Shown: piece after piece, positions 41,650-50,566 of the stretch
Numbering within the stretch: position 1 is the first letter of the stretch
How the letters are laid out: every line of letters starts with the position of its first letter
Source: Candidatus Saccharibacteria bacterium GW2011_GWC2_48_9
GTDB taxonomy: Bacteria; Patescibacteriota; Saccharimonadia; Saccharimonadales; Saccharimonadaceae
DNA: 64,000 nucleotides
NCBI GenBank assembly: GCA_001003725.1
Contig: LCPR01000001.1
Location: forward strand, 23,410 to 87,409
Reading direction: 5' to 3'
The notes under the pieces: model-generated
What the model was told of the DNA's origin: nothing
The model's database searches: none
The model's input: only the letters and a program-made list of their open reading frames with translations
Made by a program: the position numbers and the translations under genes

Positions 41650-41964
41650 TTACTTGCGCTTACGAGTAACGGGCTTTTTGGTAGCCGCAGTCGGCTGGTT
41701 GTTTCGTGTTGGCTCTACAGTAGCGATACGTAGAAGAACAAATGATTGTAGTAGCGCCCATGCGACTGCGTTGACGAGAAAAACTACCACACATACAAAT
41801 GCGCCAAGCAATATCTTTTGGCCTAGGTCATAGTTGATGAGCCCAATGATACCCGCACTTAAAACCAAAACTAATGTAACGCCAAGGTATGCGTGCTGAA
41901 GTTTCTGGCGTGAGTCTGTTTTTTCGCCCCATTCGCGGACGCTTGATGAAATAGTAGAAAACAT
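41650..41964 (-). CDS. Small 2-TM hypothetical protein
   Basis: Two TM helices and basic tail; AAAAGGAG upstream. Confidence 0.75.
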   Translation of the reverse strand: MFSTISSSVREWGEKTDSRQKLQHAYLGVTLVLVLSAGIIGLINYDLGQKILLGAFVCVVVFLVNAVAWALLQSFVLLRIATVEPTRNNQPTAATKKPVTRKRK

Positions 41965-42072
41965 GTAGTATAACTCCTTTTACATAAATTTAACACTTTT
42001 ATTATAATAAGTCAATTCTATGATGTTACTCTTGTAAAGTGACCCTGTTTTCGGTAAAATGGTGAATGTTAC

Positions 42073-42149
42073 GCCGCTTTAGCTCAGTTGGTTAGAGCAG
42101 CTGTTTTGTAAACAGCAGGTCCTGGGTTCGAGTCCCTGAAGCGGCTCCA
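42073..42149 (+). tRNA. tRNA-Thr(TGT)
   Basis: GCTGT-TT-TGT-AA-ACAGC arm, CCA; TTGTAA-17-TAAAAT promoter at 42032-42060. Confidence 0.95.
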
Positions 42150-42193
42150 CGACAAGGTAATGAATATCATTGCTTTGTGTATGGAATACATAT

Positions 42194-42278
42194 GCCGGAA
42201 TCGTGTAGTGGCAATCACAGGAGACTGTAAATCTCCCGCCTTTCGGCTTCGTAGGTTCGAGTCCTACTTCCGGCACCA
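42194..42278 (+). tRNA. tRNA-Tyr(GTA)
   Basis: GGAGA-CT-GTA-AA-TCTCC arm, long variable arm, A73-CCA. Confidence 0.93.
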
Positions 42279-42350
42279 AATAAAATTGCGACCGCATGGT
42301 CGCTATTTTATTTTATAATAATTCGTCGTACGCAAAAGAATCTCTATGTA

Positions 42351-42976
42351 TTACATTACTACCTTGCGAGGCTGCTTGACTTGCTTTGGTGTGCCAGTAG
42401 GCGCGGCATGAGGCGCAAGTAGTTTCTTAGCTTCATCTCGTGCTAAGTCGGCGCGTATCTGGTCGCCGTCGCGCTCATATGCATCTGCAAGAATTCGTAA
42501 TGACTGAGGATTTTTCCGTTCGTCGAGCTCAACTGCTCGCTCCAAAGATAAGATAACTTTCTTTTTGTGCCCGAGCTTTTCTTGAACTTTAGCGTACGCA
42601 ACATGGCGCGACGGTACACCCTCCTCCATTGCAATAGCTTGTTCGAAGGCCAGCGTTGCCTTATCGTACTTTTCTGTTTCGTAGTATATCAAGCCGACAT
42701 TGTGTAGGCTCGAAGCACTTGGCTCAAGACTCTGGGCAATTTCAAAGCACTCGATAGCATCGGCGTAGGCCTGCTGCTTGGCATAGAGTATTCCAAGCCT
42801 ATTATATGCCGTAGCGTTACGCTCATCGACGCGCAGTATCGTTAATAGCGCTTATCCCAAAGACGATCCAGTTTATCGGCAAATTTGATTTTAGTCTCAG
42901 AGGCTACTTCGTGGATTGTCTGCCTGTGAAACACCACCGCGAGGCCAATGATAATGAGTACTAAGAGTCCTAACAT
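42351..42976 (-). CDS. TPR-repeat membrane protein, frameshifted near 42852
   Basis: N-terminal TM ORF 42842-42976 (MLGLLVLIII...DRLWD); TPR part ALLTILRVDERNATAYNRLG in another frame. Confidence 0.75.
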
Positions 42977-42982
42977 CAATAA

Positions 42983-43723
42983 TTATTGTATCACAAAACG
43001 CATAAGTTGCAGTTTGACGTTTCCGTTAAGCCGCAGTGCTTCATCGATCGCAAGAAGCGTTTCTGCTTCATTGCGTAATTTTGTTGCGAAACGTGAGCGC
43101 ATGAGCGCATCGTACATCATCAAGCTGGCATCGATAAGCTCGAGGGCATTTTCTCTTTTGTCGCCGACTTGCTTAACTATACATAGTCGCTGGTATGCGT
43201 CGCTTGAGATAAATTTCTTTGCAAGCTCAAAGGTTTTGCTCCGCTGTTCAAAATAGTGGTTATCACTTGCGAGCCGATTCATTTCAGAAGAAATGTTACC
43301 CGCCATAAAACGAATGCGCGCCTCTTTGTCGGCGGGAAGGTCTATGCTGGCGGCGGGACGCATGCTAATAAGCTGACAGCGAGATCGTATAGTAGGCAGC
43401 AGCTGCGGCGGAGTGTACGTGCATAGCACTAGGTGTAATCGCTCCCTTGGCTGCTCGAGCAATTTCAGTAGCGCATTCTGCGACTGTACGGTGAGCTTAG
43501 CGGCATCGTCAATCAATACTATTGTTCGTACCCCTGGCTTACTAGACCGGACATTCAATTGCATATCTCGAATGTCATCGATATAAATACCAGTACTAGT
43601 CTTCGATTGGTTGAAATGATGTTCAACTATAAGCAGTTCGTCCTTGGCCTCTATGCGCTGCTTCACGTACGCACGCAAATCCTCACCTTTTTGCCCAGTT
43701 ACGATAAGCGCGTGCGGAAGCAT
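42983..43723 (-). CDS. holB: DNA polymerase III delta-prime-like clamp loader subunit
   Basis: IDDAAKLTVQSQNALLKLLEQP, TIRSRC. Confidence 0.8.
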   Translation of the reverse strand: MLPHALIVTGQKGEDLRAYVKQRIEAKDELLIVEHHFNQSKTSTGIYIDDIRDMQLNVRSSKPGVRTIVLIDDAAKLTVQSQNALLKLLEQPRERLHLVLCTYTPPQLLPTIRSRCQLISMRPAASIDLPADKEARIRFMAGNISSEMNRLASDNHYFEQRSKTFELAKKFISSDAYQRLCIVKQVGDKRENALELIDASLMMYDALMRSRFATKLRNEAETLLAIDEALRLNGNVKLQLMRFVIQ

Positions 43724-43728
43724 CGACC

Positions 43729-44880
43729 CTACACTGCCTCTTGGAACTCTGCAGGAACTGGCGCCTCAAATACCTTTCGAATACCACCAGGAAGTGTCAC
43801 TTCTAACTTGTGGGCATGAAGGTACATGCGATCGGATGCTTCTGAGCCATAAACTTTATCGCCCACTATCGGCGTACCGAGATAGGCCATATGTACGCGA
43901 AGCTGGTGTGTGCGCCCTGTTTTTGGTCTTAGGGCAACTAAAGAGTGTGCTTCGCTTGACTCAATAACCTCGTATACCGTTTCGGCAGTCTTGCCTACTG
44001 CGTCAACGCGAAAGGTGCTTGGTTGGGATGGATTGCGACCGATTGGTAAATCGATCTTTGCCACTGCTTGCTCGGGCACGCCCGACACGACTGCTGCATA
44101 TTCTTTTTTGATAGTACGATTGGTAAACTGCTGAGAAATCTTACGTGCAGCTTCGTCGTTTTTTACCATCAGCAACACTCCACTAGTATCGCGATCGAGC
44201 CGGTGAACAATACCTGGTCGGTTGGTTTCGCTTTTATAGGTGGTCTTGGGCTTAATAAGGTCTGCCGCTGTATACTCTTCTACGAGCGCACCTTTTGCAT
44301 GTGTCAGCAAGCCAACCGGCTTATTGATAACGAGGACATCGTTGTCTTCATAGAGAATTTCAATATCAGGCTTCTCGATAGCTACTTCTACTGTCGCTAT
44401 CGTAATATCGTCTGTCTCTTTGACAGGGTATTTAGATGAGGTCTCAACTTCGCCGTTGACACTCACTTCACCCCGTAAAATACGTTTTTTATAGGTGCTG
44501 CGAGATTCTTTGCCGAAGCGCTCCACCATAGCAATGTCAAGCCTGGCAGACTGCGGTTCATCGCGCAGTAAGTACACTTCTTTGCCACGATACGGCAGCG
44601 CATATGTCGTTAAGATTGCGTCGCCCGGAAGCGGTAGCAAGTTGTAATAATGCTCTATGCCAGATTCCTCGGCCATTTCTTGGATATAGTCTTCGTCGTC
44701 TTCGGCAGAATTGTCCACCAGTATAGCGTACTGTTTCTTTCCGCACGTAAAGCGAATTAGCGTGTTTCGCTCCTGTGGCTTAGATTTGGCGATGCGTTCG
44801 ATATGTCGCGGCATCACGTCATCTTTTACTTCGTGAAACAATCGCAATATCGCGATGATGTCGGATGAGTCAAATTTCAT
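43729..44880 (-). CDS. RluA/RluD family pseudouridine synthase with extra N-terminal domain
   Basis: S4 domain, VINKPVG, HRLDRDTSG, GRTHQLRVH. Confidence 0.95.
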   Translation of the reverse strand: MKFDSSDIIAILRLFHEVKDDVMPRHIERIAKSKPQERNTLIRFTCGKKQYAILVDNSAEDDEDYIQEMAEESGIEHYYNLLPLPGDAILTTYALPYRGKEVYLLRDEPQSARLDIAMVERFGKESRSTYKKRILRGEVSVNGEVETSSKYPVKETDDITIATVEVAIEKPDIEILYEDNDVLVINKPVGLLTHAKGALVEEYTAADLIKPKTTYKSETNRPGIVHRLDRDTSGVLLMVKNDEAARKISQQFTNRTIKKEYAAVVSGVPEQAVAKIDLPIGRNPSQPSTFRVDAVGKTAETVYEVIESSEAHSLVALRPKTGRTHQLRVHMAYLGTPIVGDKVYGSEASDRMYLHAHKLEVTLPGGIRKVFEAPVPAEFQEAV

Positions 44881-44884
44881 TAGT

Positions 44885-46006
44885 TCAGTTCCTTGGCCTG
44901 AGGCCTACAGCTTGCTGCACACCTAGAAGCGTCGCGTTTGCCTGTTTGTTCATTGTTGATTCAGATGTTGCGAGCTTTGCGAGCAGCGCTTGGCTATCTA
45001 TGTTCGTGAGGCGCACCTGGAAGCCTGTCAAAAACTGCGATAACTCGTCGGCGACAATCTTCTTAAAATCTCCGTAGCGTTCGAGCCCTTCAAACGCAGC
45101 CGCTACTTCTTGCACGGGTTTGCCCCGCAGAAGTGCTAATATATCAAGCAAGTTTGAAATGCCCGGCTGGTTGGTTGGGTCATAGCGTACGCTAGCTTTG
45201 TCGTCGGTAGTGGCTGACATGACTTTCTTGGCAGCTATAGACGGATCGTCACCCAGAAAGATGACGCCTTTGCCTGTCGCATCTGACTTACTCATCTTCT
45301 TGGTAGGGTCTACAAGATCCATGATGCGAAGTCCTTGGTCTTTGCCGAAGAACTCGTGCTGTTTTTTGACAGGCTCGGGTATAGTGAAGAGTTCACCGAA
45401 GCGATGATTCATTCGCCCTGCAATATCGCGTGCGAACTCGAGGTGCTGTGTTTGGTCGTCGCCGACGGGTACATACTTCGCACCATAGAGCAGGATGTCG
45501 GCAGCCATGAGAACTGGATAATTAAATAGACCTAGTGAGGCGATATTTGGGTTCAAATCAATTTCTTCACCATCCTCCGTAGTTAGAGGTTCACCGTTTT
45601 GAGATAATAATATTACCGGCTCTTCAACTTTTTGGCGTTTCTCTTTGAACTGTGTCATGCGCGACATCTGCCCAAACCCAGTAAAGCAATCCAGAATCCA
45701 AGTTAGCTCACTATGCGCAGGTACATAGCTCTGCCGGTATAAGTGAATGTTGTCGTTGTCGAGTGGCAATCCAGCGGCCGCGTAAAGCTTCGCGTTGTTC
45801 ATGATCTGGCCTTGTAGCTCGCTGTGGTCAATCGGCGTCGTGAAACTATGCAAGTCAGGTATGAACATATTAACCTGGTAATCAGCCGAGCGAGTCTTCG
45901 CCATATCAATAATAGGTAGCATTGCACCGAAGTAGTTGCCTATGTGCAAATCGTTATTCGCTCGAAGGCCAGTGAGTATTACAGGTTTGGTCATTGTGTT
46001 CTTCAT
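44885..46006 (-). CDS. trpS: Tryptophanyl-tRNA synthetase
   Basis: HIGN, YPVLMAADIL, VGDDQ, KMSKS. Confidence 0.97.
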   Translation of the reverse strand: MKNTMTKPVILTGLRANNDLHIGNYFGAMLPIIDMAKTRSADYQVNMFIPDLHSFTTPIDHSELQGQIMNNAKLYAAAGLPLDNDNIHLYRQSYVPAHSELTWILDCFTGFGQMSRMTQFKEKRQKVEEPVILLSQNGEPLTTEDGEEIDLNPNIASLGLFNYPVLMAADILLYGAKYVPVGDDQTQHLEFARDIAGRMNHRFGELFTIPEPVKKQHEFFGKDQGLRIMDLVDPTKKMSKSDATGKGVIFLGDDPSIAAKKVMSATTDDKASVRYDPTNQPGISNLLDILALLRGKPVQEVAAAFEGLERYGDFKKIVADELSQFLTGFQVRLTNIDSQALLAKLATSESTMNKQANATLLGVQQAVGLRPRN

Positions 46007-46710
46007 TATACCATAATCTCCTCTGTTACGCTTGCCTTAAAGCCCAGATAGTCTGTCTGTTTTTTATACGAGTTGTTTCCTGTCATGATTGGCACGAAAC
46101 CAAGTTCATGCTCTTGAAAGTTCACAAAGCTTTTGGCTTGTTGTGGCAAGATCTCTTGTTTGTATATTTTTCCGAGCATTTTATAAAGCTTCTTATGTGG
46201 GTAAGGCTGTTCGTGCATGATAAAATTTTGTATATCTTGCGCAATTGCAGCGAGCAGTGCGGGGGTGATGGCTTTGTTTGGCACTTCGTAACCGATTATA
46301 TTGTCACCTACCGTCGCTATGTCCCCCATGGGCTGCACCTGAAGGATCGTATCTATGTGCGACGCTCTTAGGAATTTCTTTTTTATATCGCTACTTAAAT
46401 CGTGAACGATTAAGCAGTTAGGTTGCACGCAATTGGTCGTATGCATATCAAGTACAATGTCTGGCTGAGTAAGGTGTATATATTCTTGAATCTCACGAGC
46501 TCGGGTTGCTTCATATTCATCACCCCCGATACCGTAGCTTCGATTCAGGTCTTTATCTGTATAGCGTAGACTCTTTGCGTACGCTCTCGGATTACCGATA
46601 ACAAAATCTATGCTTTCAAGCAGTACTGAGCGCTGTTTGAGTAGTCTTTCGTATAACTTTATACCGAGAAGCTCATTGCCATGTGTTGCTGCTAGTATTA
46701 AAATTCTCAC
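46006..46710 (-). CDS. Aspartoacylase / succinylglutamate desuccinylase family deacylase
   Basis: THGNE, GNP, RY..DLNRSY, LDMHT zinc-deacylase motifs. Confidence 0.88.
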   Translation of the reverse strand: MRILILAATHGNELLGIKLYERLLKQRSVLLESIDFVIGNPRAYAKSLRYTDKDLNRSYGIGGDEYEATRAREIQEYIHLTQPDIVLDMHTTNCVQPNCLIVHDLSSDIKKKFLRASHIDTILQVQPMGDIATVGDNIIGYEVPNKAITPALLAAIAQDIQNFIMHEQPYPHKKLYKMLGKIYKQEILPQQAKSFVNFQEHELGFVPIMTGNNSYKKQTDYLGFKASVTEEIMV

Positions 46711-47325
46711 TTCTTTTCCTTCCTCACCCTTGCTGCTAGTATAAGCGCATTTCGCGAACTCACAAGGCCTGGAAACTGCTGCATAAGTGTCGCTTTTCCC
46801 GGCACGAGCGACTTACTCGCAGGGTCCTCTCCGATGAATAGACCCTCATTTCCATATCTGTCTTCGTGGTACACAGCGTCGGTATAGGTTGCGTGAGCCA
46901 TTGCTGCAGCCATATCTCGCAGCTCCTCTTCCTCGACGAGGGGATATAGTTCACTTGATTCTCTTTGAATCATTTTTATCACTGCAGGATTCCTCGTGTA
47001 CGTAGTCAGGTACTCCGGGCTATACTCATTGATTAATGCACGAAGCATAGACGTACCGATACCCTGACGTTGCACAGATGGATGAACTACTCTTCCTGCA
47101 AGTTCAAGCGCTCGCCCGCCAAAGACATCCTCGTATCATAGAGAAAGCCATGAGCCCACCCCTGTCGTGTACAAGTTGAACCATGTCGGCAGTCTGAATG
47201 TGGCTTATACTATCTTCTCGCATTTGAACACTGTCGCCATGGCCAAAGCCGATGCCTGCAAGATGCGCCAGCTGGTCAACATCTTTGTTGGTAAATTGTT
47301 CTGGTGTTTTTGTAGTGGTACGCAT
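46707..47325 (-). CDS. GNAT acetyltransferase split over two frames; candidate +1 programmed frameshift (about 205 aa)
   Basis: Frame 0 from ATG 47325 (SD AAGGAG) to TGA 47104; +1 frame carries LELAGRVVHPSVQRQGIG (motif A) and YTRNPA to 46707. Confidence 0.75.
47118..47133 (-). promoter_or_regulatory. prfB-like +1 frameshift cassette with UGG in the A site
   Basis: Minus strand CGAGGA-TGT-CTT-TGG-C versus prfB AGGGGG-TAT-CTT-TGA-C. Confidence 0.5.
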
Positions 47326-47494
47326 TCTTTTCTCCTTATGCGTTACGATTATAGAAGAGGCCACTGGCGGCCTCTTTTATATTTTCAATTTTTGCATGCT
47401 ATTTCAAAACACAAAACAAGCCGTCCGGAGAAAGGCGGATACGCCAATTTTTGTACTGAGTGGCTGATGCGGTCATACGAAGATAATATACTAA

Positions 47495-48343
47495 CTACCA
47501 CGACTTGGCAAGCATTATTTTGCGAATCACTTCCGCATATGCTCTGCTGCGATTGACTTCGTGACCCGCTACGATGGCGTGCACGACACAATTTGGATTA
47601 TGTTTTGCTATAGACTTGTAGTACTTCTTGATGACATAGGGATCAAGCCTGCCGTAGACCAACGATGTAGGTACGTTAGTTTCGATAAGCCATTCGAATG
47701 CAGATTGATTTTCTATAGCCATCTCTATCGAGCGTGCTACCGAACGAATGTTTTTATCGTCTACTACAAAATCTGCGTCTATGAACTTAACTCTTCTCGC
47801 GTAGTAGTTGAGCTTTTTGGTAAAGTCGGGCTTCTCGCGAAGGCTACGAAGCGCATTTTTGTAAAATGTTTCACCGTCGGGCAACTTAAACTTGTTGAAG
47901 ATGTAACGGGGTTCAGACTTATATAGCGGTGTACTACACAGGATTAAACCCTTGAGCCGAGAAGGGTACTTTTTTGCATATTCTATGGCAACCAATGCGC
48001 CGAGCGAGTGTCCGACAACAATAATATCTCCAGTGACCTTGTGGCGGCGTAGTGTGGCGCGCAGGCTTATCGCCTGTTCCTCTGCGTTGTAGCTGCGCCA
48101 GTCTGGCTTAGGCGACTCTCCGAATCCGAGTAAGTCTACCGCGACTACTCGCGACTTCGTGGGTAGTATATCGAACGTGGCAGCCCAGACCTTGTGTGTT
48201 CGTGCAAGCCCGTGTACGAACACAATCACAGGCGAACCCGTCTCTTCTGCAGCTTTATCAAACCCCACGTGAAGAGTGTGAGGCAATCCAAGTACCTTGT
48301 GCACGAGATTTTCACGTAGCATATAGTTCCAGTTTGACACCAA
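47495..48343 (-). CDS. Alpha/beta hydrolase
   Basis: VHGL, DLLGFGES, GHSLG, late His; start uncertain. Confidence 0.9.
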   Translation of the reverse strand: MVSNWNYMLRENLVHKVLGLPHTLHVGFDKAAEETGSPVIVFVHGLARTHKVWAATFDILPTKSRVVAVDLLGFGESPKPDWRSYNAEEQAISLRATLRRHKVTGDIIVVGHSLGALVAIEYAKKYPSRLKGLILCSTPLYKSEPRYIFNKFKLPDGETFYKNALRSLREKPDFTKKLNYYARRVKFIDADFVVDDKNIRSVARSIEMAIENQSAFEWLIETNVPTSLVYGRLDPYVIKKYYKSIAKHNPNCVVHAIVAGHEVNRSRAYAEVIRKIMLAKSW

Positions 48344-48376
48344 AAAACCCTACCGTCAAATCGATAGGGTTTTTTG
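48341..48376 (-). terminator. Terminator of ribosomal superoperon
   Basis: caaaaaaccct ... agggttttttg. Confidence 0.75.
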
Positions 48377-48391
48377 TTTCTAGAAAGTCGC

Positions 48392-48790
48392 TTAGCGCTT
48401 CGAGAACTGTTCGCGCTTACGAGCAGAGCGAAGACCATACTTCTTGCGCTCTTTCTCGCGTGAATCGCGTTTGAGCATCTCTGCCTTCTTGAGTGTCGGA
48501 CGCAAATCTGCGAAACCAACTGTAATTGCTTTCGCAATAGCCAGTTTGATTGCATCGACTTGTCCTGCGAATCCGCCACCGCTTACACGGATAGTGATAT
48601 CGAACTCTTTTTGCTTACCTACGACTGCCAAAGGGTCTGTAATTTCTGCAAGCATCGGCTTGTTACCAGAAAGATAGTCTTCAGCAGGCTTATCGTTGAT
48701 TGTCACATTACCCTTACCTTTGTAAAGACGGGCGCGAGCTGTTGAGCTCTTGCGACGACCAAGTCCGTAGAAATACGTAGCATCAGCCAT
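48392..48790 (-). CDS. rpsI: 30S ribosomal protein uS9
   Basis: GRRK, ERKKYGL..AR..QFSKR. Confidence 0.98.
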   Translation of the reverse strand: MADATYFYGLGRRKSSTARARLYKGKGNVTINDKPAEDYLSGNKPMLAEITDPLAVVGKQKEFDITIRVSGGGFAGQVDAIKLAIAKAITVGFADLRPTLKKAEMLKRDSREKERKKYGLRSARKREQFSKR

Positions 48791-48791
48791 A

Positions 48792-49235
48792 TTACTTTAC
48801 CTCAACTTTCTTTGGGGTTTGTGCAGTGTGTGTATGTTCACTGCCAGCGAACACTCGGAGGCGGTTCATACGATCTGCCTGCAGTTTGTTCTTTGGTAGC
48901 ATGCCTTTGACTGCACTTTCGATGATGCGCTCTGGGAACTTCTCGCGAACTTCTTCGAGACGTGCATCTTTGATACCACCAGGGAAGCCAGAGTGACGGT
49001 AGTAAATCTTCTGTCGCTCTTTATCACCTGTTACCGGCACTTGCTTTGCATTGATAACCACCACGTAGTCACCTGCGTCCATGTGCGGCGTATAGGTAGG
49101 CTTGCTTTTACCTACAAGTAGCTTAGCGATAATAGTGCTGAGACGACCAAGTGGCAATTCACTCGCGTCTACAAGGTACCATTCGCGGCTGATTTCGCTA
49201 GGTTTCTGGGAGTAAGTTTTTGCATTAACAACCAT
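48792..49235 (-). CDS. rplM: 50S ribosomal protein uL13
   Basis: LGRL, YTPHMDAGD, GMLPKN. Confidence 0.98.
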   Translation of the reverse strand: MVVNAKTYSQKPSEISREWYLVDASELPLGRLSTIIAKLLVGKSKPTYTPHMDAGDYVVVINAKQVPVTGDKERQKIYYRHSGFPGGIKDARLEEVREKFPERIIESAVKGMLPKNKLQADRMNRLRVFAGSEHTHTAQTPKKVEVK

Positions 49236-49621
49236 TACTTAGTCTCCTTCTCTACCGGCTTGATTTCATCAACAAACCCGATTGTCGCAAGTTGTGCACC
49301 GTCACCGACACGTACACGGGTACGTTCAACACGAACGTGACCACTTGTACGAGCAGTAAGCTGAGGAGCAATTTCGTCGACGAGCTTATAGGCTGCTGCC
49401 TTAGTAGATAGTTTTGCGATAACGAGACGACGGTTATGAAGATCGCCTTTTTTCGCTTTTGTGATGAGCTTTTCTATGTAACGCACCAATTCTTTGGCTT
49501 TTGGCAACGTAGTTTCGATCTTGCCGTGTTCGACAAGGCTCGTCGCCAGACCTTTCATGAGTGCGCGGCGTTGGTCGCGCTCACGACCGAACTTACGCCC
49601 TTTGTATCCATGTCGGTGCAT
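49235..49621 (-). CDS. rplQ: 50S ribosomal protein bL17
   Basis: MHRHG..GRK, IETTLPKAK. Confidence 0.97.
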   Translation of the reverse strand: MHRHGYKGRKFGRERDQRRALMKGLATSLVEHGKIETTLPKAKELVRYIEKLITKAKKGDLHNRRLVIAKLSTKAAAYKLVDEIAPQLTARTSGHVRVERTRVRVGDGAQLATIGFVDEIKPVEKETK

Positions 49622-49622
49622 A

Positions 49623-50546
49623 TTACAGTTCTAACTCCGCTAATTTATCTTTTACTTCATCAAGAGCTTTTGAGCCAAAGCCTTTAAGCTCACGAAGATC
49701 CTGCTCAGTCAAGGTCACGAGATCTTGTACTGTGCGGATTTCGTTATTGATGAGCGCGTTCGCTGTGCGCGCTGTGAGGTTAAGTTCCTCGATAGGCGTG
49801 TTAAGCTCACTTGCTTCATCGTCTTCAGTCTGCCCAAGGGCAGGTGCAGCTTCTACAGTTGTGCTTCCGGCAAGCGCAGTGTACTGGTTTACCAAGATAG
49901 CAGCTGCTTCTTCGAATGCTTCTCGTGGGCTAAGCGTACCATCGGTATCGACAGTGACAATCAGCTTATCGAGGTTAATTTCCTGGCCAACACGTGTTGC
50001 ATCGACTTTGTAGCGTACACGAAGTACAGGGCTAAACACTGCGTCGAGTGCGATGTGGTCTGAGTGAACACGACCTTCGCTTGACTCTTCGATTGTGCGA
50101 TAGCCTCGGCCTGAGCCAACAATCAAATCGATTACTACGTTTGCTTTTGGATCGTCAATAGTACAGATGATTTGTTCAGGATTGATAACCTCAACATCGG
50201 CTGTAGTTTTGATATCACCAGCAGTAACGGCACCAGCACCTTTTTTCTCTAGTCGTAGTTCAACTGGTTGATCTGTATGAACCTTAACGCGTACGTTCTT
50301 CAGGTTCAGGCTGATATCAACAACATCTTCTTTGATGCCTTTTACAGTTGTAAACTCGTGTGTTGCGCCTTCGATCTTGAAAGATACGATCGCACCACCA
50401 GAGATACTCGAAAGTAGGACGCGGCGAAGGCTGTTGCCCAGGGTGTTACCGTAACCAGCGTGCAATGGCTCGATCACAAATGATGCACTAGTGTTGCTGT
50501 GTTCATCTATGCTTGCGAGTGCAGGGTTGTGAATAACTTTTGTCAT
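49623..50546 (-). CDS. rpoA: RNA polymerase alpha subunit
   Basis: GYGNTLGNSLRR, HEF, GFGSKALDE. Confidence 0.98.
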   Translation of the reverse strand: MTKVIHNPALASIDEHSNTSASFVIEPLHAGYGNTLGNSLRRVLLSSISGGAIVSFKIEGATHEFTTVKGIKEDVVDISLNLKNVRVKVHTDQPVELRLEKKGAGAVTAGDIKTTADVEVINPEQIICTIDDPKANVVIDLIVGSGRGYRTIEESSEGRVHSDHIALDAVFSPVLRVRYKVDATRVGQEINLDKLIVTVDTDGTLSPREAFEEAAAILVNQYTALAGSTTVEAAPALGQTEDDEASELNTPIEELNLTARTANALINNEIRTVQDLVTLTEQDLRELKGFGSKALDEVKDKLAELEL

Positions 50547-50566
50547 AGTTTCTAGGCTCCTTACCC

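Noticed and set aside
46707-47075. Stand-alone 122 aa protein starting at GTG 47075
   Set aside because: The start falls inside GNAT motif A and has no SD; the frame extends upstream with GNAT-like sequence.
47104-47106. UGA readthrough or genetic code 25 as the way to join the GNAT halves
   Set aside because: Reading through TGA in frame 0 gives no motif A and meets another TGA soon after. TGA also acts as a normal stop elsewhere (e.g. 4595, 46707).
47355-47376. Hairpin AAGAGGCC/GGCCTCTT upstream of the GNAT as an attenuator
   Set aside because: It is more simply the terminator of the upstream hydrolase. A TATAAT lies downstream of it, and no leader peptide or alternative structure was found.
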